From: Octopus sinensis | Taxonomy: Eukaryota | DNA length: 64,000 bases | Assembly (NCBI RefSeq): GCF_006345805.1 | Contig: NC_042999.1 | Coordinates: forward strand, 145,204,001-145,268,000 | Direction of reading: 5' to 3' | Shown here: piece by piece, positions 1-13,190 of the stretch | Layout of the letters: every line of letters starts with the position of its first letter | Numbering within the stretch: the first letter of the stretch is position 1 | The notes under the pieces: generated by a model | Database searches by the model: none | Told to the model about the DNA's origin: nothing | The model's input: the letters and a program-made list of their open reading frames with translations, nothing else | Made by a program: the position numbers and the translations under genes

Positions 1-768
1 ATTGACCGTGCTACACAAGTGATATTACAAGCAATCAGCGCAGTCTAATTTGACTTTTTATATTCTTATTTCCTTCTGTTTGTTTCATCGTTACCGAAGT
101 ATGAAATAGATTGGCTGGGCAGCCTTTTATGCAACTTTGTGTAAACATAAGTGCTATTCAATAAGCGATAGAAAACTTCTTTAGTTGTAATGTTAATTTT
201 TCTGTTATGACGTTAAAAGTTAACACAATTTTGTTACAGAACGTTCTACTAATATCAAACACTTATATTATGTTCGAAAAGAAATAAAAAAAGAAAGAGT
301 AATTCATGTCATTGGTTAACATAATATATAAGAAATTCTATTCAGTTAAATAATTTTACACTGCTTTTGAAAGAAGAGCTATTTCTTGTTTCTTAAACGG
401 TTCGCTAAATACACGTTCCTAATAAAAAAAGTCTGTAATTGCCATTATACCTTTGAGTTAGTAGCAAATAATCACACACACACACACACACAGACACACA
501 CACAGACACACACACACACACACAGACACACACACACACACACACACACAAGCATATTCATATACGCATGCACGTATATAATTTAGAAAATGTACAATAC
601 AGCAATGTCTTTTAAATTAAAGCCACCATTTGATCTGCTTCATTACCTTCAACATTACATACATACATACAGGCGTAGTGGCTGTGAGGTAAGTAGCTTG
701 CTTACCAACCACATGGCTCCAGGTTCAGTCCCACCGCGTGACACCTTGGGCAAGTGTCTTCTACTATA

Positions 769-1014
769 ATGGGAAGGTTTACGAAAATAAACAAAAGACG
801 AAGGCAGGTTTACGAAAATAAACAAAAGACGAAGGCAGATTTACGAAAATAAACAAAAGACGAAGGCAGGTACAAACAAACAATTGTATTGGTATGGCGC
901 TCAGGAATAGAAATAAAACAAGTCTTTTACGTTTCGAGCCTACGCTCTTCAACAGAAAGATACACAGAAAAGAAACAAGGAGAGAAAAAAAATGCGTGCA
1001 GGAGCTAACGATTC
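769..1014 (-). mobile_element. Short repeat inserted into a SINE, with 3 x 31-bp tandem repeats (778-870) and a hammerhead-like motif
   Basis: Interrupts the SINE between ...CTACTATA and ..GGGCTGACCAAAGCC; unit TTTACGAAAATAAACAAAAGACGAAGGCAGG x3. Confidence 0.75.
923..960 (-). ncRNA. Minimal type I hammerhead-ribozyme-like motif (A6U core variant)
   Basis: UCUUU-CUGUUGA-A-GAGC(GUAG)GCUC-GAAAC-GUA-AAAGA: stem I 5 bp, stem II 4 bp, minimal stem III, GUA triplet. Confidence 0.55.
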
Positions 1015-1927
1015 AGGGCTGACCAAAGCCTTGTGAGTGGATTTGGTAGACGGAAACTGAAAGAAGCCCATCATATATATATATATTTATATATATATAT
1101 GTATGTGTGTGTATGTTTGTGTGTCTGCGTTTGTCCCCCCCCCCCAACATCGCTTGACAACCGATGGTGGTGTGTTTACGTCCCCGTAACTTAGCTGTTC
1201 AGTAAAAGAGACCGATAGGCTTACAAAGAATAAGTCCTGGGGTCGATTTGTTTGACGAGTATGACCATCGCTGACAAATTGTCCTGATGTCTTTTAAGCT
1301 AACGACTGGCACTTTTTGTCACTGGTGCAACACTCATATTCATGCGTTGCAATTGGGTGCTTGATTGTGTACTTTGATGTATCTTGTGAGTCCAGATCGG
1401 CTGGGAAATTCCCTACCACATCAGATTAGCTGCTAGAAATTGGTGGTATTGAATTTGAAGCCTTTTAGTATATTTGCTTAGACGACTCGTGATAGCAGTT
1501 CTGCAAAGGCAAACCCGTCCACATTCATCATATTCAAACTGTGTGACTGTTGGGTTAACAGATTCTCTTTCCATAACTACTCGCTTTACATTAACCTATT
1601 CCTGAAACTTTCTGTGGCCATTGGTAAATGTTGTGCGTCAATTACATTTGTCGAGCATTGAAGACTCTTAGTCAGTTGTTTCAGTCTTGCAAGGAATCTT
1701 TCACAGTCTTTGAAACGCAATTTTGGTTAATGCTGTAGTTTCATACCAAGCGTCAGCTTTCCACAAAGAATTTGATTTGGAATTCTGCTAATGTAATCGA
1801 ATGAGATGTTCTGTCTAGCGGAATCTGTGGATGCACGCATGCATGCAAACATACATACGTACACACATATATGCAAACATACATACGTACACGCATATAT
1901 GCATAAATATATACATCGATAAACACG

Positions 1928-1969
<42 letters not shown>

Positions 1970-1983
1970 CATGCACACACACA

Positions 1984-2014
<31 letters not shown>

Positions 2015-3021
2015 CACGACCTTCTAAACAACTTACTGCAAGAGATCAACAAAATAGATATACCAATTTACAAGCTGCGCAGTATTTCTAGAAACTTCAA
2101 CACCAATTAAAATGTTGACAGGATATATTTTTCTCGCAGGGGCTGTTTTCTTAAATTTGTATTGATGTCATATAAAACACGTACTTAAACACTAAAGTAA
2201 CAACTGCAGCAGAGGAAGAAGACTAATAATTATCTGGCCCAAACATTCGAACACAAAAATAATATAATTAGGGTTGCTAAAGAACTCGAGGAGAGGCCTT
2301 CGATTACGAATACCGGGTTTTTATTCGGTTGACTATTCACAACATCAGTGGATGTTATATTCACCGTTTCCTATATCGGAGGCGACGAATTAGCATACAA
2401 GCATGTGGCTGACTACGAGTACATGTCATTGGAAAAGTCCGAAAAGGCCGAAAATCATCTGGCGTTCTCGTTCAGCGTTGCTGGGTCAATTTTTCGTCTT
2501 TCTCCGATATTTATTGTTCTTAACACAGCATATCCATAAGAGATGTAATCCCAGGGCGAATACTGCAATAACTAACCTATCAACGCTGTATATACATTAA
2601 GTATGATACAAAGGTGTATGTATATGTGCGTGTATGCATTTGTGAACACATTGGCATATGGAGTTTAAATCCCTAATAAACCGCGTATCTATGGGTATAT
2701 TCGTAAGTGCTGACTGAATATATGAATTGTTCGATCAAGCAGTGGGAGACAATATCATCCTCATCACTGTAATACTTATTTTACAACATTCACTAACACT
2801 CTCGTTCTGGTTGAATAAAACACCAGAGCACTTTTGGGCGAATCGAGTTATGTGTACATACATATGTGCGTTCTAAGGTCACAAATTTAGTGGGAGTAGT
2901 CGAGACACACAATTAATTCGACTCCAGCAGTCGATTGGTATTTTATCTTAACACTGAAAGAACGAAATACGAATTTTAAATTCTGAACGTAACGTACCGT
3001 AACTAAATACCGCTTTAACGA

Positions 3022-3690
<669 letters not shown>

Positions 3691-3691
<1 letters not shown>

Positions 3692-6600
3692 TTCGACTCG
3701 TATCAGTCTACGCACCGCCCTTAACAGGTCGGGCGGATTTCTTTCGACGTCTAGAAGTATTCTTGGGAACGTCTCGTCCTTTACTCTTAGTGGGGGATTG
3801 GAATGCTACCTTGGACACGCATGTAGACTACGTGGGTAGAGACAGAAACAGAAGGGGATGCAAATGCCTCAGAGACCTGCTCAGACGATTCCAACTGTCT
3901 GACAGGTACCGACTCGACCACCCAAATGCACCAACGTGGACATGGAGCAACCGCAGTGGGTCGTCGAGATCGTATCTAGATAGGATACTGTGTAGGACAG
4001 TAGACAAGGATAACTTAGGATGTCCACAATTCCACACAGTCAGCTACACGGATCACAAATTGGTGACGTGTACGCTAGACTTAGATAAGGCACATAGACA
4101 GGGTCCTGGGTACTGGAAACTAAACGCGTCTTTCCCATCGAGACAAGTTTTCAGAGACCGGATTAGCACACTAGTAAAGAGGGCTTTGACGGGAGCCATC
4201 ATCAACAACAAATGGTGGTTTGCCCTCAAGAGAGCAGTAAAAGCAGAAGCGATTAGGTACAGCAAAGCACTAGCCATAGATAGAAATAGAGTAGAGGGTG
4301 AGCTAGTTAAGAAGCTAGAAGAGGCAATTAGAAGCGGCATCGCATCCGACGTTTTGGCGGCGAGGTTGGCCCTCGACCAACACTTCAACGCCAAACACGA
4401 AGGATGTGCTGTCAGAGCTAGGATGCGTGCTCTAAGGAACGAAGGTGTTGGAGCCGCGAGAGAGGCCCGGGTGGCAGAGGCGCAACAGGGCAACAAAGCC
4501 ACCATTCGGTCACTGGTAGATGAACAGGGGCGCGAATTGCTCGAGCCAAGTAAAATGTGTGAGGCCTTTCAGCAGCATTTTGCCCGACTGTTCGGGACGA
4601 GTGGAGGGCAAGAACGTAGGGTAGACTTCAGTGCCTACCTACATAGCCTGCCACGACTCTCGACAAGAAAGGCAGGGTGCTGCGAAGGTGCCATCACGGC
4701 GGCGGAAGTGCGGGAAGCGATGGCAGAATGCTCGAGGGACAAATCACCGGGTTTGGATGGTCTACCCTACGAATTTTACTATTGTATGCCAGACTTGTTT
4801 GGAGACGTCTTGGCAGCGGTATACTGCAACTGGCAGCAAAACGGGAGCATACCCGGTTTTGTGAGTCGAGGAGCTGTAACTCTGCTGAAGAAAGATCCAA
4901 ACAAGGGAAACATTATAGATAACTTTAGGCCAATCACTCTGCTCAATGCAGACCTGAAAATTTTGACAAAGGTGTTAGCCAAGAGGTTGGCGCTTGTCAT
5001 GGAGAAACTGGTCGACAACGCACAAACGTGCGCCGTGCCGGGCCGGAGCATCCATGACAACCTCCATCTGATGCGCTACATCATAGACAGGGTAGTTAAC
5101 GAACCTGGCATGGGTGGGGCCCTGATCAACTTGGATCAATCGAAAGCCTTTGATAGGGTAGACCATCGATACTTGGGGGCAGTCCTGAGAGCGGCTGGTT
5201 TCGGTCCCGTCTTCCGCGGCTGGATAGCTGCCTTGTACAGAGGCATCCGTTCGGTAATTCGCGTAAATGGACATCTATCGAGACCCTTCGACATTGCACG
5301 TTCGGTCCGTCAGGGATGCCCCCTCTCGGCGCTTCTATACGTATTGACTCTTGAGCCACTACTGCGGAAGCTGGCGACTCTGAGGGGCATCCCGCGAGAA
5401 TTAGGATGCGGGACGAGCGTGTCTGCATACGCGGACGACGTCACCGTCATAGTGTCAAGCCACGAGCACATCGAGCGGGTCGGCGAGACACTGAAAGACT
5501 ACGAAGCGGTGACAGGAGCAAAAATCAACCGGGAAAAGTCAGTGGGCTTGCGGCTCGGCACCTGGAGAAGCAAACCCATGCCGTCCACCAGTACCTCCGT
5601 CGTGGGACGCTGGACAGACGGCCCGTTGAGTTGCTCGGGGTCTGGTTCGGTCCGGACCTCCAAATGGAGAAGAACTGGAACGAGATAACGAGTAGGGTGG
5701 TCACTCTCGCCCAGCAATGGGCCGAGAGGAAACTGTCCCTAAAAGGTCGGGCGGAGGTGGTGAACGCGTACATCGCGTCCATCATCTACTACCGCCTGAC
5801 CGTCGTACCTTGTCCCGACCCTACCATCACCAAACTAGAACGCATCCTCTTCCGCTTCTTGTGGAAAGGATGCGTCCCGATGGTCAGGCGATCCATTTGC
5901 TGTCAACACCCGTTAAAAGGAGGGCTGGGCATGCCGTGGTTGATGATGCGCAGACACGCGCTGAGACTGCGACATCTCCGGCTCTATGTAGACGACGGTG
6001 AACAGGTGTGGTCGCCGTTTGTGAGGCACGCATTCCCGCAACTCGTCTCCATGACCGAACTACAGTCGTGGATCAAAAAGAGGCCGAGGAAGGGCGAATG
6101 GCACCGCGAGTGTCGCGTTGCTCTCAAGCAACTCTGCCGTCCCGGGTCGACCTTGAGTGACTTCAACACAACCAAAGCATTCTATAGGGGATTAGTGGAG
6201 GGGAGGTACGACGACGAGCTCGGGGCAAACCTGGGCGTCGACGAGGAATACCTGACCCGCCTGTTTCAAACGACTTTCGGCCCGGGACCTATGGACAACT
6301 TCCAGAGATCCCTGGCCTGGCGGTGCTACCGAGAAGCGCTACCCGTTCGGGATAAGCTCTATAGGCATGGCTCGAGAAACACGGGGCCGACCTGCCCGAG
6401 ATGCGGGCAGAGCGACGAAACCGCTCTGCACGCAATCGTGCAGTGTCCAGCAATTTCCCACCTGTGGGCTTATGTCGAACGACTGCTGTCACGTGTGGGA
6501 CGTGTCGGTTTATCAGCCGAGTCTATCGTTAATATCGTCACGCCTCCTTCCTTCAAACGGGAAGGAAGAGCTATTTTTATCATACTTGTGGCTATGGCGA

Positions 6601-7199
6601 AAGAATGTATCTGGTGGACGCGTCTGAAAGGATTAGAGACAAACACTTTCCTCTCTGGTCAATCTCTCATCAACTTCTTCAAGTATCACTTGAAGAAAAA
6701 AGTGAGAGTAGAGAGGCAAGTTTTGTCTAGTGAATGTTTTAAAAAAGATGGGTGAATGTAGCAAGGATGGCACGTATGAATGACGAAGCCACCTTGACTA
6801 TGATTCTATGAACCGTAAAAATTAATACAGAGAGTTGCTTATTTGCAAAAAAAAAAAAAAGAAATATAACATGTGACTTCATTGACCGAGGTTACCGTGG
6901 TCTTTTCCGTAGGCTTTTCTTTCCACGGGTAAACCTCACCTGTCCTCCCCTTTACACTTCATATTGACATTTCTGTGATAACGATCCCTATTGATCAATT
7001 TTTTTTCCTCCCCCCTTTTTTTTTTAACCCCCCCTTTTTTTGTCCTCTTTCTCTCCTTTTACGATCCCTTTTGATCGACCCCCCTTTTTTATTTTATTTT
7101 ATTATTATTATTATTTTTTTTTTTAAACCTTCAAAAGAAAAGCTCTACCTTGTAATTTGTTCTATCTGTGTGCAGCCCTGTGTGGCTAATAAAGAAACA
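3691..7199 (+). mobile_element. 5'-truncated Tx1/L1-clade non-LTR retrotransposon (APE-RT-CCHC ORF2 plus 3' UTR)
   Basis: Starts mid-endonuclease (FRLVSVYAP, GDWN, SYLDRI), then GPGYWKLN, RT motifs KSPGLDG, RPITLLN, DQSKAFDRV, RQGCPLS, YADD, and C-terminal CPRC...H....CP. Single-base frameshifts near 5620 and 6745. Ends with AATAAA followed by (TATC)n. Confidence 0.95.
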
Positions 7200-7313
<114 letters not shown>

Positions 7314-7764
7314 TCTATCTGTCTGTCATATATGCTTGCATGCATATATTAGTGTATGCGCATACACATATTCATGAGCGCGTGCGTGTGTGCGTGTATG
7401 TGTATATGTGTTTTCACCATCTGTGTATACGTGGACACACATGTATGTATGTATGTATGTATGTATGTATGTATGTATGTATGTATGTATGTATGCATGC
7501 ATGTATGTATGTATATTTTTATATTATCGTCGATAATTTTGGTTTGATAATTTACGCACGTATCAGTTTCTATTTCAGAGTATTCAATTAGTGTTTTCCA
7601 GTAGTAAATTTAATATATTTTGTGTACCGAATTTTCACACAGTTATCACTTGCTGGAAATCAACGATGCTCTAGTGTCTTCATACTATTATTTTATAAAT
7701 CTACTCAAATTATTATATTGCTCAAACTGAAACACGGCTTTGGTGACATCTGGGTATGTCTACC

Positions 7765-7865
7765 AGAAGAAGATATTAACAAGATATTAAGATATTAAGA
7801 TATTAAGAAGATATTAAGATATTAAGATATTAACAAGATATTAAGAAGAAGATATTAACAAGATT
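7765..7865. repeat. Degenerate (AAGATATT)n tandem repeat
   Basis: Read directly from the sequence. Confidence 0.8.
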
Positions 7866-10570
7866 TTCACACCTCATAACTTTTCCAAATCTCTCTGAAT
7901 GCTGACTGATTCGAAATGTACATCCGTGGCTTCGATATAAACAATATAAAAGATTATTAAATACTGAAGCTCTAAAGTGAATAGTAGGATAAGGTCGGAA
8001 CCCTACAAGTCTCTTTAAAGTAATACCACACACTGCTTCCTCAAAACTACTACATTTATTATTGAAGTTTTTTTAATATTACATATCAGAATAGGGTGGC
8101 TAGCTGCTAAAATCATCATCGGTATTTCTTTCGTCGTTATGTTCTGGGTTCAAATTCCGCCAAGGTTGACTTTTCATTCCTTCGGAGTCGATAAAATAAG
8201 TACCAGTTGTACACTGGAGTTAGTGTAATCGACTTAATCCCTCTCCTGAACTTGCTGGACTTGTACCAAAATTTGAAACCGATATTACGTATAAGCGATC
8301 TTCAAATAAATTTACATTAAATTTATTAACAAGAAACATTAGAAAATGTTGAATTATTCAGGTTTATTAATTCCTCTGACAAAACTCAATTATGCAAATG
8401 AAGAATCTGTGATAGTTTCAAATATTTTTTGCACTAATTTCAGCACTAAAACTTCTGTTATATTTCTGTACACATATTGCATTGGTAAATTATATTTCAC
8501 AAAACATCTTTCGCCACTAAAAGCATTAGGATATTCATCTAAACATATTTTTTCTCGAATATTTAGAATTTTTTTAACGATAGTCTGCTATATCAAGACT
8601 TTCGGTTTAGAAGCGTGAAGTTCGAAGTTGTAGCATGATAGCAGCATGAAATCCAGAGACAATAGCTAGTTAGTATATTCATAGTCAAGTATCAAATCAA
8701 AGACATGATTAATAAAAAATTAAGAGTTTTACAGGTTGTCAACTCTCTTTTTCATCAGTAATTTCGCTAATAATTTCTGAAAGGAAAATCCTATCGCAAA
8801 GTCTGCTAGTTCAAATATTGTTAAAATACTGGATCCAAGGAGAAGACCAAGAGCGCCTCCAGTATCACCTGAAATAACAAACGTGTTGATGGTTAAGGAA
8901 AATAGCTATAAGAAAAGAATAAAAGAATGCTTTCATATGTGATGATGATACGATGATGATGGTGAAGAAGAAGATGATGATGATGAAAAACATGAAAATA
9001 AAACTTGAATTCTAAACACACACACAAGCGCATAGATACTAACTCACAGATTATTGAGAATAAAATGATACTCGTGGTATCAACCATCATCACAGCACTA
9101 CTCCAGAACGGGACACCAGTCAGCCTCATTTTTGCTAATTTACAGCTGGGCGAAATGGAACAATGTGAAATTAAGTGTTTTGCACAAGAACACAACGCAC
9201 TAGTCATGATCTTGCGTGTAACACCCGAACTACTAAGTCAAGCGGCAGTACTTTAGTGGTCATTCGATCTGCTATAAAAAACCACGAAATGCTCGTCAAA
9301 GCACACTGAATGGATAATGTAATCCGGCGTACATTATTCCTGACACGATGATCATGGCTTGAATGTCTTTGATCATAAACCTGCTTGGTCAGGAGTGACT
9401 GGAAGGGGTAAGGCGGGTTTCGGCAACTGGGTGAGAAATTATTAGTTGTAATAATCATAAGCAACTAAGTACAAAGGCTTAATATTTGAGAGGGAGAGAG
9501 AGGGGGAGAGATAGAGATAGAGAAAAGGGTGGGTAAATGGGAAGATGTGTGTATCATTCAACGGCTTAAGGTAGGTAAATAAAATGAAATGATACAACGT
9601 TGATAAGGTTTTATAAATGTATAAATGTACTCACACAGAAGGGAAAAGAAGCCGTAGGCCACTTGGTCAGTGATTATCTCGTAACTTAATTGCTTGTAGA
9701 AAAACGCAATTTCAAGGATGTTCTCACTAAAATATAAAATAATAATATCATCATCATCATCAACAGTCTTCTCTTCTCCCTTTCCTCAACCACGTCTTCA
9801 TCGTCATTGTTATCATAATTATCATTCTCAACCTCCTCCTCTTCATCTTGCTGAGTTTTACGAGCCTACGAGGGAGCTTGTAAGTAGTCGCTCGACCTGC
9901 TTGAAATAGATAATCTGTTTCAGATATCTTACCGCGGTCAACGAAGAAGAGTGCATTGGATGATGTAACCCTAGATACATTGTGTTCGAAAGAAACGACG
10001 GGATAACCACGACAGCTAGACATGCCTTTGATCATTGGTTAGTTCAAACAGAGCTGACTTGGAGCTAAAGATCACCCAGAATAACTCCAAGATGAAAGCT
10101 TTATCATCAAAATTATAAAAAAATTACAAGCATAGAGAATACTCAACTGAATTTATAAAGGCCTGAAATCGTAAGTATGATAAAAAGAAATGCAGATGAA
10201 ATAATCATTCACTATAAAGCTGGTCATGACCATTTTCTGTGTTCCCAAATCTCTTAGGAAGATAAGAGGAAATTTTTGCTCAGATAGGAGACCTGGTCTG
10301 AATGCTTGCAATAGAGTGAACACTGTTAAATGTAATAATGGGCTAGGTGGTGGTATTAATCGAGAGACAGATTAAGTTTACTAAATGTAAATGACTTGCA
10401 TCTAAAACAACAGAATAATAAGCACTATACTGATCTTATCTTTCTGAGTAAGCGACATTGTGAAAAAGTTATGCTAGACAGAACATATTTTATAGAAAGA
10501 GCACTGGGAAACTTAATCAATTCACATTGTTTAATTATTATGATTAAAGGTTGACTGAATTCATAAATTA

Positions 10571-12823
10571 CACTGGGCAAAAAAAAAAAACCGAAAAAAA
10601 GAAAATTCTTGCTATTTAAACTTTTTCAGCTGATTTAGAATAATTTTAGGGTGCTGGATCCAAATCTAACATCAGTTTTCAGACAGAACAAGTAGTTTTT
10701 TTTAGTCATTCACAGCATCAGCTTTTCCAACCAAATGCTAATATTGACAAAGTAATAGGCTATTTGCTTTCGATTTTCATTCATATACTCATTACTGAAA
10801 CAAAAATAAGTGCTGATAGAGGGTAAGGTATTTATTTTACTTTGTTATCGCTGTAATTATAGTAAAGTTCTCCTCACAGTAGGCTATTGATATTAGGGTT
10901 AGGGTTAGGGTTAGGGTTAGGGTTAGTGCTGTTAAAACCAAGTACATCAAATAAAAGAGACAGGTTATATAAAAAGTAGTTTAGTTATTTATTAAAGTGA
11001 TTAATGTTTGAAATTTAGAGATGGAAAAAATTGTTTCGTGATAGCCATAGCTTCAGTACATTCTATAATAATTTTAAGGATTTTTTTGAGAAATATATTT
11101 TGATGTTTTACAGTAATATTTACAGTTGATTAATTTTATATTTTAGTTTACTGACAGGCTTCCTTGAGTGTTGATTTAGGTTATTACTGTATGTATTTAT
11201 GATGAACAGAAAAGTTTGTGTTAATCATCCGGACACCTTTTGTTACGTGTGGGGAAAATTTATGCCAAAAGATCAGAGAAATAAGCTTACAAATAAATTT
11301 TAAAATGCTTACAAGCTTTACTTTGGGTGCAAAGTTGGGGATCAAGATAAACTGTGGGCGCCTCATGTTTGTTGCAAAAACTGCTACATAGCACTAACCC
11401 AATGGATGAATGGCAAACGGAAAAGTATGCCATTTGCAGTACCAATGATATGTCGTGAACCAACAAACCAATGGAATCTTTTACACGATGGTGTAAAATG
11501 CTCATATTTTCGAAAACAGCATACAGAAATGTATGAATTTTTTACGGAGAAAGATGGCATTTGTTTTTGTTGTGATGTTGAAGGACTCCTACGTGAGATG
11601 GGGTACGGACATAATCCTGCTTTGCTGGAGATTCCAGCAAAGCAAGCCTAAAAGCTGTTTTGCTGCATAATGGCAATCAAAAACCTTCAATACCATTAGC
11701 ACATGCTGTAGGATTAAAGGAAACTTATTAATCAATGGATAAAATTTTGAACTTGATTAAATATTCTGAGCACGAGTGGAATATATGCAGGGACTTGAAA
11801 GTTATTGGTTTACTTCTTGGGTTGCAAATAGGGTATACAAAGCATCAGTGATTTTTGTGCCTTTGGAACACCAGAGATGTCAAGCATCACTATGATCAAA
11901 AGGGTGGCCAAAGAGAAGTGATTTCGCTCTAGGGAGATACAACGTTAAATATATCCCTTTAGTTGATCCTCAGAAAATTTACCCTCCTGTCTTAAACTTG
12001 GCTTGTTTAAGAATTTTGTTAAGGCCATGAATGAAGACGGTGAAGGATCCAAATGACTCTGAAACGTTTGTAGCAAGAGCGAAGCTAAGATCAAAGCTGG
12101 TGTTTTTAATGGACCAGAAATTCGCACACTAATTTGTGATGCGATTTTCAAGAAAAATTAAGCCCGGCAGAGAAAACTGCCTGGGAAAAGTTTGTTTCTC
12201 TTGTAAAATGTTTTTTGGGAAATGAAATATCATCTAACTACGTTGCAATTGTGAATAATTTTTGAAAGCTTATAAGAAACTTGGGGCAAGAATGTCTCTA
12301 AAAATTCATTTTTTCCACTCTCATCTTGACTTTTTTCTACCCAATATGGGTGATGTAAGCGATGAGCATGGTGAGCGATTCCATCAAGTAATCAAAGAGC
12401 TAGAAAAGCGCTATAGTGGCAGACTTACATCAAACATGCTGACGGACTATTGCTGGTTTTTAAAACGAGAAGCGGAATGCAACTTAAACGTAAAAGAAAA
12501 CGCCAAAGCTATTTTTGAAAAACATAAAACTAATAATATTCACATTACACTTTTGTTTTGTGTTGTATTGGCTTTAGAGCTACTTGTCCACCTTGTTGCT
12601 ATTGTTCTTATACCAAATAATGGTAATTTACGCTTAACATAACATTCATTTTATTTGTTATGAATTTTCACATTATTGTAATTTTGATAACAGTATAAGA
12701 ATAATGATAGCGCAAAAACGTCACGTGCTAAAACCAAAATAATTACAGATTCGGAATCAGCGCTCCCAAATTACCTATGAGCATCATTTCGTCTAATAAC
12801 AGCAACAATTTTGTTGCCTAGTG
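10571..12823 (+). mobile_element. Chapaev3-type (CMC superfamily) DNA transposon, decayed transposase
   Basis: Termini CACTGGGCAA...TTGCCTAGTG with a TTA target duplication on both sides (10568-10570, 12824-12826). Transposase fragments FCYV.G...YFGCKVGDQDKLWAPH.CC..C, MPFAVPMI.REP and MSLKIHF.HSHLD...GDVSDEHGERFHQ. The family assignment is from recalled motifs plus the TWA TSD. Confidence 0.8.
10893..10926 (+). repeat. Interstitial telomeric repeat (TTAGGG)5 TTAG
   Basis: Read directly from the sequence. Confidence 0.9.
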
Positions 12824-13190
12824 TTATCAGCTAATACTGATCGAAAAACTTTTAATCTTTGCATTGTGTGACACGCCCTCTACATTCTGTAATCTATTGA
12901 GTCTGTAGAGAAAAGAAAATCTTATTCCCTTCCAACAGAGTGAAAATAGATATAAAAGGGTAGAGGCATTGCTTTATTCTTGTGGAGCTTAATCCTCCTC
13001 TAAAAATAATAAGAATAATATAACATTACCGGTTAGTAAATTAATGAAGGTCGGGCAATTCGGCTTTGTTTATTGCACACATTTCTGCGAGACAGACTCA
13101 ATGTACATTGAACTAGCATTGTTAACTGACTAAAAGGTTAGTGGATAAAAAATCCAAATAATTACAACATCAATAGAATAAATAAATTAC

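Larger units (their letters stand above)
671..1260 (+). mobile_element. tRNA-derived octopus-type SINE, family B (split by the 769-1014 insertion)
   Basis: Head GGCGTAGTGGCTGTGAGGTAAGTAGCTTGC...GGTTCAGTCCC, body CACCTTGGGCAAGTGTCTTC...GGAAACTGAAAGAAGCCC, internal microsatellite; homologous to copies at 20262, 35893, 36871 and 58966. Confidence 0.85.

Noticed and set aside
778-870. 31-bp direct repeats resembling a CRISPR array
   Set aside because: The repeats are contiguous with no spacers, there are no cas genes, and the context is eukaryotic.
386-2091. His/Thr- and Cys/Val-rich ORFs (also near 7000-7590, 15089-15377, 20907-21206, 31413-31975, 56738-57470, 62016-62889)
   Set aside because: Translations of (CA)n, (TA)n, (TATC)n and (TATG)n microsatellites; not genes.
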